A stretch of DNA of 64,000 nucleotides from Solirubrobacteraceae bacterium (GTDB lineage: Bacteria; Actinomycetota; Thermoleophilia; Solirubrobacterales; Solirubrobacteraceae), in NCBI GenBank assembly GCA_049584155.1, contig JBAUXH010000113.1:1918-65917 (forward strand). Reading direction: 5' to 3'. Within the stretch, counting starts at the first letter, position 1. Every line of letters starts with the position of its first letter. Positions 1 to 9,417 of this stretch are shown here, in pieces. Position numbers and translations under genes: made by a program. Under the pieces are notes generated by a model. That model was not told where the DNA came from, made no database searches, and was given only the letters and a program-made list of their open reading frames with translations.

Positions 1-623
1 TAGTGGAACGAGCCATAGCCGGCGCCGAAGTCGTCCAGCGCGACTTCGCAACCGAGCGCGGCGACGCCCAGACAGAACGCGCGGGCGCGGTCCATGTCGG
101 AGATCGCGGCGGTCTCGGTGATCTCGATCACGAGGCGAGCCGGGTCGGCTCCCTCGCGGCGCAGGCAGCGCTCGACATGGGTGAGCATCGCCGGGTCGGT
201 GACCGAGAGCGCGGACAGGTTGATCGCCACCCGCGGCCCCTCCGCGCGCGAGCCGAGCAGCGCGGCGACGCGAGCGAGCACGAGCCGATCGATATCGCGG
301 ATGAGGCCGTAGCGCTCGGCTGCCGGCAGGAATCGCCCGGGTGCGACGAGCGGCCCGGACGGCTCATCGGCGAGGCGGACCAAGGCCTCATAGTGGGCGG
401 GGCGCCCGTCGGTGAGCGAGACGATCGGCTGGTAGTGCACGGCGAACAGGTCCTCGTCCAGCGCGCGGCGCAGGCGCGCGAGCCATGGACGTCGATGCAG
501 GCCCGCAGGCGAGGAGAAGCCCTCGGCGAGACAGCTGCCATAGCGATGAGCCGGCCGGGGTGGGTCGGGCGCGCGCAGGATCAGGCGCGCGACGGGTTCA
601 TGGGCAGGCGTCGGATAGCGCAT
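1..623 (-). CDS. EAL-domain c-di-GMP phosphodiesterase, 3' end truncated by window edge
   Basis: Absent from the ORF track because there is no stop inside the window. Hand translation of the minus strand from ATG 623-621 gives MRYPTPAHEP...LFAVHYQPIVSLTDGRPAHYEALVRL...GRFLPAAERYGLIRDIDRLVL...VAINLSALS...LVIEITETAAI...GCEVALDDFGAGYGSFHY, the canonical EAL blocks. Third codon positions are GC-rich. Confidence 0.8.
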   Translation of the reverse strand, partial: MRYPTPAHEPVARLILRAPDPPRPAHRYGSCLAEGFSSPAGLHRRPWLARLRRALDEDLFAVHYQPIVSLTDGRPAHYEALVRLADEPSGPLVAPGRFLPAAERYGLIRDIDRLVLARVAALLGSRAEGPRVAINLSALSVTDPAMLTHVERCLRREGADPARLVIEITETAAISDMDRARAFCLGVAALGCEVALDDFGAGYGSFH

Positions 624-840
624 ATGGCTCCAGGTTTTCGACACGACGGGCCGGTGCCCCTGCGCGGCGTGCATATTTGGAGGTTCGCGCCCGAAAGCGC
701 TTTGCAAACCTGCACAAACCCGCTCATTCCTGCTCAGCGGGCCCATTGCATTGGCGTCCGGGCGCTTTCGATGGAGCGGTGGGCACACTTGGGCGCGGGA
801 ACGCGGCGACGAAGGCCCGTCGAGGTGCGAGCGGAGCGGC

Positions 841-2220
841 TCAGCGCCGCGCGGAGTATGGCCGCCGGGCACGATCGGAGATCACGAGCAGGAGCGCGAG
901 CAGCACGAAGTTCATTACGACCGAGGAACCGCCGTAGGCGACGAGCGGGAGCGTAACGCCGGTGAGTGGGATCACGCGGGTCACGCCGCCGACGATCACG
1001 AATACCTGCATCGCCACGATGAACGACAGTCCGGTCGCGAGCAGCTTCGAGAAGGAGTCCTTGGCGAGCATCGCCGTCTTCAGGCCGCGGGCGACGAACA
1101 GCAGATAGACGAGCAACAGACCGGCGGCGCCGACGAGCCCGAGCTCGTCGGTGAGGACCGCATAGATCAGGTCGCTTTCGGGAACCGGCAGGATCGAGCG
1201 CCGCACGATCTGATGGTTGGCGAGTTCTACCGGGTACTGCAGCAGCGACTGGTCGAAGCCGGTCCCGAGCAGCCCGCCATCGGCCTGCGCGAACAGCGAT
1301 TGGGCGAGCTGATAGCTGCCCTGGGGTCGGTTGTAGAGCGCCGGATCGAGCGGATGTTCCCAGGCGAGCACGCGCGCGTGCACATGCGCGACGTGCCCGG
1401 CGACGAACCATGCGCCCACGGCGAACAGGATCAGACCGATCAGGGGAAACGAGAGTCGTCCGGTGGCGACGTACAGCAACGCGAGGAACGCGCCGTAGAA
1501 CATCAGCGAGGTGCCCAGCTCGCGCGTGATCAGCAATGTCGCCATCGCCGCGCCCCACACGATCAACATCGGGCCGAACTGCTTCATCGGCGGGATCGTC
1601 AGCCCGAGCACGCGCCGCCCGGCGGTGACGAGCACCTGGCGGTTGTCGTGCAGGTAGCTCGAGAGGAAGATCACGATCGCGACCTTGCCGAGCTCGGCGG
1701 GCTGGAAGGAGACGGAGCCGACATGGATATCGAGGTAGGCGCCGTTGACCTGCTCGCCGATGACCGGCAAGCGCGGCAGGATCGTCATGCCGATGCCGAG
1801 AGCGGCGATCGTGTAGCGGTAGCGCTCGAGCACGCCCACGCCCTGGCGGCGCAGGGCCAGGATCGTGGCGGCGAACAGCGCCAGGCCGAGCACCATCCAC
1901 TGCGCCTGCTGGCGCGCCAGCACGGGGTCGATGCGGTAGACCATCACGATCCCCACGCTTGCAAGCACCGCGCCGAGTGGGAACAGATAGGGGTCGGCGT
2001 CGGGCAGGCTGAAGCGGATCACTAGATGCGCGGCGATGCACAGCGCGAGGAACAGCGCGCCGTAGGTCAACGACACGCTGGAGGCGTGGTTGAGCGTGAG
2101 GCTGGTGTCCGCCCCGCGCGAGGTGTCCTGCTGCTGGATGAAGATCGCGGTGAACCCCGCCGTGACGAGCAGCGCGGCGGGAATCAGCCCGAGAAGCTCG
2201 CGGTTGCGGGGGCTCAGCAT
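841..2220 (-). CDS. SEDS-family peptidoglycan polymerase (FtsW/RodA/SpoVE)
   Basis: 459 aa and polytopic. It has the family-typical blocks ...ESDLIYAVLTDELGLVGA... and ...GVTRVIPLTGVTLPLVAYGGSS... Confidence 0.9.
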   Translation of the reverse strand: MLSPRNRELLGLIPAALLVTAGFTAIFIQQQDTSRGADTSLTLNHASSVSLTYGALFLALCIAAHLVIRFSLPDADPYLFPLGAVLASVGIVMVYRIDPVLARQQAQWMVLGLALFAATILALRRQGVGVLERYRYTIAALGIGMTILPRLPVIGEQVNGAYLDIHVGSVSFQPAELGKVAIVIFLSSYLHDNRQVLVTAGRRVLGLTIPPMKQFGPMLIVWGAAMATLLITRELGTSLMFYGAFLALLYVATGRLSFPLIGLILFAVGAWFVAGHVAHVHARVLAWEHPLDPALYNRPQGSYQLAQSLFAQADGGLLGTGFDQSLLQYPVELANHQIVRRSILPVPESDLIYAVLTDELGLVGAAGLLLVYLLFVARGLKTAMLAKDSFSKLLATGLSFIVAMQVFVIVGGVTRVIPLTGVTLPLVAYGGSSVVMNFVLLALLLVISDRARRPYSARR

Positions 2221-2359
2221 GGGTGCGAGCGTACCGAGACACCCGGCAGCCGCACGCGGATGGCGGCCTCCCAGCCGGCGTGGAACGCCGATCCGACCAC
2301 TACCATTCCCGCACGTGGACCGCCCGGGGGGAGCGGCTGCGCCTGAGTATGAGCGTGGT

Positions 2360-3937
2360 ATGAGCGGCTATCCGGTGACATCCCAGGACGACGACCGCCC
2401 ACCCTCGCCTGGGTGGAGCATGACTAAGCGGTTCGCGATCGCCGCCGTTGCGATCGTCGCGCTCAGCGCCGGGGCGACCGCGACCGTGGCCCTGAACAAG
2501 ATCACGGGCATCGCCGAAGAGGTCTTCCCGAAGCTGAATCAGATCAACGCCCCCAAGGGGGTCGTCACGGCCGAATACAGCGGCGGGCCGCAGACCTTCC
2601 TGATCCTCGGCACCGACCGGCGGGTGGGCGCGAAGGACTCATACGATCGCGAAAACCCACCGCACTCGGACACGATCCTGCTCGTGCGCTTCGATCCCAG
2701 CCAGGGCCAGACGTCGGTGATGTCGATCCCGCGCGACCTGATGGTCAACATCACGACCAAGAACGGGGCGATCTACGCCAAGGAAAAGATCAACGCCGCG
2801 TACACGATCGGCAACAAGCTCGGCGCCACCAAGGGCGGGATGGTGCTCGCCGCCGAAACGATCGAGCACGAAGTGTTCCCGGGTCTGAAGATCAACGGCA
2901 TCGTCGACGTGAGCTTTCAGGGGTTCATCAAAGTCGTCGACACGCTCGGCTGCGCGTACGTGAACGTCGACCGCCACTACTACAACCAGAACGTCGGCTC
3001 TACGGAAACCGACTACACCTCGATCAACCTGCAGCCCGGGTATCAGAAGCTGTGCTACGAAAATGCGCTCGACTACGTGCGCTACCGGCACACCGACTCG
3101 GACTTCGTGCGGGTCGCTCGCCAGCAGGACTTCCTGCGCGATCTGCGCGAGCAGATTTCGCCGAGCAACGAGATCGGCCAGATCGACACGGTCGCGAAGG
3201 CCGTCGGGCACGCGATCAGCTCGACGTTCCACGCTTCCGCGAGCGAGCTGATCGAACTCTCGAAGCTGATCGCGTTCTCGCAGACCAAGCCGCTGCGCCA
3301 GGTCAAGTTCCAGACCGCCAACGTCAACTTCCAGGGCGCGAACGGCGGCTCGTACGTGACGACGACGCCCACGCTCGCCCAGGCGACGCTCGCGAACTTC
3401 CTGCACGGCCACGAAAGCCCCAATCCGCCGGCGCCCAAAATCCCCGCGCACACCGCTCACCACACGGGACATAGGTCGCATGGCGGCGGCGGGTTCTCGT
3501 TGCGGGCGCTGGGCCTGTACCCGACCTCATCGGCGGGCAACGAGGAAGCCGTCAAAGCCGCCGTGCAGGTGCCGTTCGAGGTTCTGTACCCGACATTGCA
3601 GACCGGCCAATCCGAGCAGCAGCAGGTGCGCCCGTACGCGCTGACCGACCAGCATGGGCATCTGCACCACGCCTACGTGGTCGTGTGGCGGCAGAACATC
3701 AACGGCGGCTACTACGACTTCGAGGGCTCAGACTGGCTGAACCCACCGCTGTTCGCGCATGCCCGCGTGCAGACGATCGACGGGCGCCAGTACCGCATGG
3801 TCGACGACGGCTCGCACATCCACGTCATCGGTTGGCGCTCACACAACGTGCTGTACTGGCTGACGAACACGCTGCTGGAGGAACTCTCCAACCAGCAGAT
3901 GCTGCAGCTAGCCAAATCCGCCCAGCCGCTGCGCTGA
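2360..3937 (+). CDS. LytR-CpsA-Psr (LCP) family cell-envelope phosphotransferase
   Basis: N-terminal TM segment (FAIAAVAIVALSAGATA) followed by LCP blocks FLILGTDRR...HSDTILLVRFDP...SIPRDLMV...GFIKVVDTLG. The ATG at 2360 was chosen because the track start at 2090 overlaps the divergent SEDS gene. ATG 2420 is an alternative start. Confidence 0.85.
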   Translation: MSGYPVTSQDDDRPPSPGWSMTKRFAIAAVAIVALSAGATATVALNKITGIAEEVFPKLNQINAPKGVVTAEYSGGPQTFLILGTDRRVGAKDSYDRENPPHSDTILLVRFDPSQGQTSVMSIPRDLMVNITTKNGAIYAKEKINAAYTIGNKLGATKGGMVLAAETIEHEVFPGLKINGIVDVSFQGFIKVVDTLGCAYVNVDRHYYNQNVGSTETDYTSINLQPGYQKLCYENALDYVRYRHTDSDFVRVARQQDFLRDLREQISPSNEIGQIDTVAKAVGHAISSTFHASASELIELSKLIAFSQTKPLRQVKFQTANVNFQGANGGSYVTTTPTLAQATLANFLHGHESPNPPAPKIPAHTAHHTGHRSHGGGGFSLRALGLYPTSSAGNEEAVKAAVQVPFEVLYPTLQTGQSEQQQVRPYALTDQHGHLHHAYVVVWRQNINGGYYDFEGSDWLNPPLFAHARVQTIDGRQYRMVDDGSHIHVIGWRSHNVLYWLTNTLLEELSNQQMLQLAKSAQPLR

Positions 3938-3955
3938 GCGCAGGCGAGCCAGCCG

Positions 3956-4372
3956 TCACATCCTGCCGGCGTCGCGCGCTTGATCCAGGGCGGCGTTTAC
4001 CAGGGCGTCGGCCTGCGTGTTCTGCGCGCGCGGGACCGTGCGCACGCTCCAGTGGTCGAACTCGCGTAGCGCCGCTAGCGCCTCGAGGTAGAGCGGACGC
4101 ATCGAGGCGTGCTTGACCTTGTACTGCCCGTTGATCTGCTTGGCGATCAGCTCGGAGTCGTTGACGACCTCCACGTCGCTGACCCCCAGCTCGCGGGCGT
4201 GTCGCAGGCCGAGCAGCAGCGCGCGGTACTCGGCGACGTTGTTCGTGACCTCGCCGAGCAGTTCCGCGTGCTCGCCCAGGAGCTCGCCCTCGGGCGTGGA
4301 GATGACGCAACCCGCGGCCGCCGGGCCGGGATTCCCGCGCGCGCCGCCGTCGACATGAACGATCGCCTTCAC
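3956..4372 (-). CDS. rnhA: RNase H (type 1) family protein
   Basis: 138 aa. Motifs VHVDGGARGNPGPAAAG...AEYRALLLGL...VVNDSELIAKQ...NTQADALVN give a DEDD-type RNase HI pattern. Confidence 0.85.
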   Translation of the reverse strand: MKAIVHVDGGARGNPGPAAAGCVISTPEGELLGEHAELLGEVTNNVAEYRALLLGLRHARELGVSDVEVVNDSELIAKQINGQYKVKHASMRPLYLEALAALREFDHWSVRTVPRAQNTQADALVNAALDQARDAGRM

Positions 4373-4415
4373 GCGGCCGGATTATGCAGATCGCTTGGGA
4401 CGGCTCTGGGAACTA

Positions 4416-4643
4416 CTAGAGCGCCTTGGCGAGCGGGGGCATATCCCCGGGCATCCGTGCGCGGCGACGGTTGCGGATGACGCGCTGCTGCTTGACGGCG
4501 TCCGTCGGACGAGCGCCACGAGCGCGGCGGTCAGACTCGCGGCGATCGACGATCACCGTGACGTTGTCCTCGTGCGCATAGTGCTCGGTGAGCTTCGGAT
4601 ACAGCTCCTCGGACATCTCGCGGGGCACGACGCAGTAGATCAT
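4416..4643 (-). CDS. hypothetical small protein with Arg-rich C-terminal half
   Basis: 75 aa with strongly GC-rich third positions. Its start overlaps the stop of the upstream gene (ATGA at 4640-4643). Confidence 0.6.
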   Translation of the reverse strand: MIYCVVPREMSEELYPKLTEHYAHEDNVTVIVDRRESDRRARGARPTDAVKQQRVIRNRRRARMPGDMPPLAKAL

Positions 4644-5407
4644 CGTGTCTCCAATCCTACCAGCGACAGCGTTCCGGCGGCACCCGCGGCGGCGTTCGCG
4701 AGACTGTCCTCGGCAGCGAGTTCGCTCAACTCGGTTCCCTGCGCGACGACGCTCGCGCCGGGTGTCTCATCGCCGAGATCGACCTCGTATCGGTACCAGG
4801 ACAGCTCCCAAGCGACCACGATCGCGACGACCGTGCCGTCGGACTCGGCTAGTGAACGGATACTAATGCTCGGTTCCCCCAGCGAGCGGGAGACGCCGGC
4901 GATGCGACGCGGATGCTCGCCGGCGTTGAACACCTCCAGCGCGCGCAACGCCTGTGTGTCGGCGCTGCTAAGCGCCTCCTCGACGGGCGCCGCGACATCG
5001 GCGAACGACGCCGCGGACACGGGGCTCGCCGTCTGTGCAATACCGGGTACAAGCGGATCTTCTGCCTCTACCGGAGGACCCTCCAAGAAGTCATAGCTCG
5101 CGGCGGGCCCATCCGGGATGACCGGGAACTCGACCTCGCCGGCTGGAGCCGGACGTTCGCGCTGTTGGCGCAACCGATCGAGCAGGTTGCGTCCACGCCG
5201 CGGCCGGGCCGGGGGCAGGTTGACCGCATGGTGCTCGGTCTCGCGTAGCCACCCCTCGGCGTTGGCGCGCGGAGCGCACAGCTCGCACACCATCCTGCGC
5301 CGTCCACTCGCGAGGAACACGTCGGGCTGCTCGCCTCGCAGCAGGCGACGTCCGCACACGTCGCAGGCGACGTCCGGCTGGGAGGTGACGATCATGCGAG
5401 TGGCCAT
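4640..5407 (-). CDS. hypothetical protein with N-terminal CxxC...CxxC zinc-ribbon
   Basis: The start was moved to ATG 5407 (MATRMIVTSQPDVACDVCGRR...MVCELCAP) because the track start at 5533 would overlap the EF-G2 gene. GC3 is high. Confidence 0.7.
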   Translation of the reverse strand: MATRMIVTSQPDVACDVCGRRLLRGEQPDVFLASGRRRMVCELCAPRANAEGWLRETEHHAVNLPPARPRRGRNLLDRLRQQRERPAPAGEVEFPVIPDGPAASYDFLEGPPVEAEDPLVPGIAQTASPVSAASFADVAAPVEEALSSADTQALRALEVFNAGEHPRRIAGVSRSLGEPSISIRSLAESDGTVVAIVVAWELSWYRYEVDLGDETPGASVVAQGTELSELAAEDSLANAAAGAAGTLSLVGLETR

Positions 5408-5456
5408 GAGCAGCGCCCCAGGGTATCGGGTGCGTGACCTCTGTGGGCTTGTGTCC

Positions 5457-7529
5457 TTAGACGTGGGCGGGGGCGTGCTCAGCGCCCGCCCCCGCGACGA
5501 CCTTCTGCGCAAGGTGTGCGGGCACCTCTTCATAGCGCAAGAACTCGAGCGTATAGTCGCCCTGACCGCCCGTGATTGAGCGTAGATTCGGGGCGTAGCT
5601 GAGCATCTCGGCCATCGGCGCCTCGGCCTTGATCTCGGTCATCCCGCCGGCCGGCTCCATCCCCTGGGGTCGCCCTCGGCGGCTGTTGAGATCGCCGATC
5701 ACATCCCCGACACACTCCTCCGGGACCGACAGCGTGATCAGCATGATCGGCTCCAACAGCACCGGGTCAGCCGCACGCAGCGCCTCGCGCATCGCCTGGG
5801 CGCCGGCGAGCTTGAACGCGATCTCCGAGGAGTCGACGCTGTGATAGGAGCCGTCATACAGCCGCACGCGCACGTCCTTGACGGGATATCCCGCGAGCAC
5901 GCCCGCGCACATCGCCTCACGCACACCCTTCTCAACTGCCGGGATGAACGAGCTCGGGATCACCCCGCCCTTGATCTGATCGACGAACTCGAAGCCCATG
6001 CCGGGACGCAGTGGCTCGATCTCGATCTCACAATCCCCGAACTGTCCGCGCCCACCCGACTGCTTCTTGTGGCGCCCGTGCGCCTTCGCGGCAGTGCGGA
6101 TCGTCTCCTGATAGGGCACGCGAGGCGGCTTCAATGTGACCTCGACGCCGAACCGCTCGCGTAGCCGTTCGACGATCACCTCGACGTGCACCTGCGAGAG
6201 CCCTGCGACGATCTGCTCACCGGTCTGCGCGTCTCGGTGCAGGTCGATCGTCGGGTCCTCCTCTTGCAAACGACGCAGCGCGACGAACACCTTCTCCTCG
6301 TCGCCGCGGCCGCCGGCCTCCACGGCGAACGCCATCACGGGCGCGGGCAGCTTCAGCGCGGGCATCTCGATCGTGGTCTCACGCTCCGTCAGCCAGTCCC
6401 CGGCACGGGTCTCCTTGAGCTTTGCGACCGCGCCGATGTCACCCGGCCCCAGCTCCGACGGATGGTCGGTCTCTGCGCCCGCGAACACGATCAGTTGCCC
6501 GATCCGCTCCTTCGTGCGAGCGCGCGCGTTCAACACGTGGCCGTCGGCGGCAAGCGTGCCCTGGTAGACGCGCAGCAGGTTGATCCGTCCCGCGAACGGG
6601 TCCGCGCGCGTCTTGAACACGTACGCGTACAGCTCCGCGTCCGGGTCCGCTAGCAGCTCCGTCTCCCCCACCCTGAGCGCACCGTGCTTAACCGGCGAGG
6701 GCAGGTCCTCGACGATCGCGTCCAGCAGCCGCGTAGTGCCGAGGTTGCGCGTCGCCACACCACACACGACCGGAAAGATCTTGCCGTGATTGGTGCCCTC
6801 CTTCAGCGCATCCACGATCTCCTCGTGTGCGATCTCCTCACCTTCCAGGTAGCGCTCCATTAGCGCGTCTGAGACCTCGCTGACCTCGTCCATCAGCTTC
6901 TCGCGGTACTCGTTCGCGCGCTCGCCGTGCTCCTCGGGGATCGCCATCTCCGTCCACCCGCCCCGCTCGGCCGAGTCCTGCACGAACGCCCGCATGTCGA
7001 CAAGATCGATCACGCCCTCCAGCTCGTGCTCTGAGCCGATCGGGATCTCGGTCGCGACGACGTGCTGACCGAACGCCTGCTTGAGCTGCTCGAGCGTGCG
7101 GTAGTAGTCGGCGCGCTCGCGGTCGAGCATGTTCACGAACAGCATCCGCGCAATGTCGAGCTCGGCCGCGCGCTGCCATAGTCGTGTCGTTGCGACCTCG
7201 ACGCCCATCACCGCGTTAACGACGAACACCGCCGACTCGCACACCCGTAGCGCGCCCAGCGCGTCCGCGACGAAGCTCGGCTCCCCGGGGGTGTCGAGCA
7301 GGTTCACCTTGCGCTCGCGCCAGTGCAGCGAACCGAGCGCCGTGGCGATCGACATCTGCCGCGCCTGCTCGTCCGCGCCCGAGTCCGACACGGTGCTCCC
7401 ATCCGGCACCGACCCCAAGCGGTTGATGACCCCTGCCTCGAACAGCAGCGCCTCGTGCAGCGACGTCTTCCCCGCCCCGCGGTGACCGACGAGGGCGACG
7501 TTACGTATCCGATCCGCTGGCTGAGGCAT
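5457..7529 (-). CDS. elongation factor G paralog (EF-G2-like translational GTPase)
   Basis: 690 aa with full five-domain EF-G colinearity. G1 motif VGHRGAGKTS, DTPGEPSF, NMLDRE. Confidence 0.9.
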   Translation of the reverse strand: MPQPADRIRNVALVGHRGAGKTSLHEALLFEAGVINRLGSVPDGSTVSDSGADEQARQMSIATALGSLHWRERKVNLLDTPGEPSFVADALGALRVCESAVFVVNAVMGVEVATTRLWQRAAELDIARMLFVNMLDRERADYYRTLEQLKQAFGQHVVATEIPIGSEHELEGVIDLVDMRAFVQDSAERGGWTEMAIPEEHGERANEYREKLMDEVSEVSDALMERYLEGEEIAHEEIVDALKEGTNHGKIFPVVCGVATRNLGTTRLLDAIVEDLPSPVKHGALRVGETELLADPDAELYAYVFKTRADPFAGRINLLRVYQGTLAADGHVLNARARTKERIGQLIVFAGAETDHPSELGPGDIGAVAKLKETRAGDWLTERETTIEMPALKLPAPVMAFAVEAGGRGDEEKVFVALRRLQEEDPTIDLHRDAQTGEQIVAGLSQVHVEVIVERLRERFGVEVTLKPPRVPYQETIRTAAKAHGRHKKQSGGRGQFGDCEIEIEPLRPGMGFEFVDQIKGGVIPSSFIPAVEKGVREAMCAGVLAGYPVKDVRVRLYDGSYHSVDSSEIAFKLAGAQAMREALRAADPVLLEPIMLITLSVPEECVGDVIGDLNSRRGRPQGMEPAGGMTEIKAEAPMAEMLSYAPNLRSITGGQGDYTLEFLRYEEVPAHLAQKVVAGAGAEHAPAHV

Positions 7530-7678
7530 TGCGGGTTTCCTCCTATGACCGGGTCTCTCGCACCATACCGCTGACTCGGCACCCGCGCCAGTCGAGGTTC
7601 CTGTCGATATGTCACAGGAAGGGAAACCGGCGCCGGCTGGGCCGTCCGAAGCGACGAGCTATGGGTTACCCATAAGAG

Positions 7679-8464
7679 CTACTCGGCGAATGCCTCCTCC
7701 TGCATCCGTGAACGCAGCCGCAGGACCGCCTTGGTGTGCAGTTGGCTGACGCGCGACTCGGTCACGCCGAGCACCTCGCCGATCTCGCGCAGCGTCAGGT
7801 TCTCGTAGTAGTAGAGCGCGATCACGAGCTTCTCGCGCTCGGGCAGCAGCGCGATCGACTCGGCGATGCGGTCCTTCAGGTCGCCCATGTCCAGGGCCCT
7901 GGCGGGATCGGGCGCGCTCGGGTCCTCGATCGTGTCCATCAGCGAGACCTGATCGCCACTGGAGTCAGAGGTGCTCCACAGCTCGTCTAGGGCGACCATC
8001 GAGGAGTTCGAGATCGCCAGCAGCGAGTCGTTTAGTTCCTCGACGGTGATTTTCAGCTCGGCCGCCATCTCCTTGTCGGTCGGCGCGCGATGCAGGGCGT
8101 TCTCAAGCTTCACGTTCGCGCGCTCGACTTCGCGCGCACGTGAGCGCACGCTGCGCGGTACCCAGTCCAGCGACCGCAGCTCGTCGATGATCGCGCCCTT
8201 GATGCGCATGATCGCGTACGTCTCGAACTTGATCTCGCGGGAGAGGTCGAAGCGCTCAATCGCCGAGATCAGCCCGACGAGGCCGTAGGAGATCAGGTCG
8301 GCCTCCTCGACGTGCGGCGGCAGTCCCGCGGCGGTGCGCCCGGCGACGTACTTCACCAGCGGCGAGTACGCGACGACGAGCCGCTCGCGGGCGCGCTGGT
8401 CATCCTCAGACTTGTATCGCCGCCACAGTTCGCGCAGCTCAATTGCTTTTACGTTCGTCTCCAT
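7679..8464 (-). CDS. fliA: FliA/WhiG-family (group 3) RNA polymerase sigma factor
   Basis: 261 aa. Region 2 is ADLISYGLVGLISAIERFD...FETYAIMRIKGAIIDELR. Region 4 HTH is LTLREIGEVLGVTESRVSQLHTKAV. Confidence 0.9.
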   Translation of the reverse strand: METNVKAIELRELWRRYKSEDDQRARERLVVAYSPLVKYVAGRTAAGLPPHVEEADLISYGLVGLISAIERFDLSREIKFETYAIMRIKGAIIDELRSLDWVPRSVRSRAREVERANVKLENALHRAPTDKEMAAELKITVEELNDSLLAISNSSMVALDELWSTSDSSGDQVSLMDTIEDPSAPDPARALDMGDLKDRIAESIALLPEREKLVIALYYYENLTLREIGEVLGVTESRVSQLHTKAVLRLRSRMQEEAFAE

Positions 8465-8506
8465 CCGGGATCCTCGTCCTAAATCCTCATGTCTCCCTTG
8501 CTCTCT

Positions 8507-9412
8507 CTAGGCCCGGGGGTGGCTGCGAGCATAAGCGCTTTTCAGCTTCGCCGACTCCACCCGCGTGTAGATCTGGGTGCTGGACACGCTCGCGTGCCCC
8601 AGCAGCTCCTGAATCGAGCGCAGGTCCGCGCCCCCGTCCAGCAGGTGCGTGGCGTAACTATGGCGTAGTGCATGCGGCCCGATCGCGCCCGCCGTGGACT
8701 CCACGCCGCTGTGGCGCGCCCATCCTCGCAACCGCCGGCGCACATCGCTCGTACTCAGCCGCCTACCGTTCTTCGACAGGAACAGCGCCTGCTCTTCGCT
8801 CGTCGGCTCGGCTAGTTGCGGGCGACCTCTCTCCACATACTCCCCGACCGCCTTCAGCGCGATCTCGCCGGCCGGCACGAACCGCGTCTTGCGACCCTTA
8901 CCTTCGACGCGCAACTGCTCAGCGTCGTGATCGACATCCCCCAGCCCCAGTGACACCACCTCCTCCGCACGCAGCCCACACGCATATGCCAGCTCGAACA
9001 TCGCCCGGTCGCGCAGCTCTAGCGGCCCGCGCGCCGGGATCGCATCCAGCAGCGCCGCGGCCTCGCGCGCTTTGAGCACACGCGGCAGGTTGCGCGCGCG
9101 CTTGGGCGTGGACACGAGCTCGGCCGGGTTCTGCGCCACCTCTCCGTGCTCACGCTGGCTGTTAAACAGCGCCCTCAGCGCCGCCAGCTTGCGCGCGCTC
9201 GTACTGGGCGCCAGCTCGCGCTCGGACAGCGAGGCGACGTACGCGCGCACGTCCTTCGGACCGACGTCCCGTGGCGTCAGCTCGCGAGCGAACGCCCACA
9301 CGGCGAACTGCTCGAGGTCAGCGCGGTAGGCACGCACGGTCCGGGGAGCCGCGTCGCGACGGCGCAAATCCTCCATCAACAGCCCCAACGCACGCTCCCA
9401 GACGGTTCCCAT
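8507..9412 (-). CDS. xerC: tyrosine recombinase XerC/XerD family
   Basis: The start was moved to ATG 9412 (MGTVWERALG...). Catalytic blocks present: ELAYACGLRAEE, HALRHSYATHLL, LLGHASVSSTQIYTRV. Confidence 0.88.
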   Translation of the reverse strand: MGTVWERALGLLMEDLRRRDAAPRTVRAYRADLEQFAVWAFARELTPRDVGPKDVRAYVASLSERELAPSTSARKLAALRALFNSQREHGEVAQNPAELVSTPKRARNLPRVLKAREAAALLDAIPARGPLELRDRAMFELAYACGLRAEEVVSLGLGDVDHDAEQLRVEGKGRKTRFVPAGEIALKAVGEYVERGRPQLAEPTSEEQALFLSKNGRRLSTSDVRRRLRGWARHSGVESTAGAIGPHALRHSYATHLLDGGADLRSIQELLGHASVSSTQIYTRVESAKLKSAYARSHPRA

Positions 9413-9417
9413 ACGGC

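Noticed and set aside
734-2242. 502-aa minus-strand and 424-aa plus-strand ORFs overlapping the SEDS gene
   Set aside because: They are alternative or antisense frames of a clearly recognisable FtsW/RodA gene. Their R/P/A-rich composition has no motifs.
8507-9412. Tyrosine recombinase as integrase of the 11-21 kb island
   Set aside because: It has full XerC/XerD-type blocks and backbone-like codon usage. It is separated from the island by two ordinary genes, and I saw no att-like direct repeats or tRNA at the island borders.
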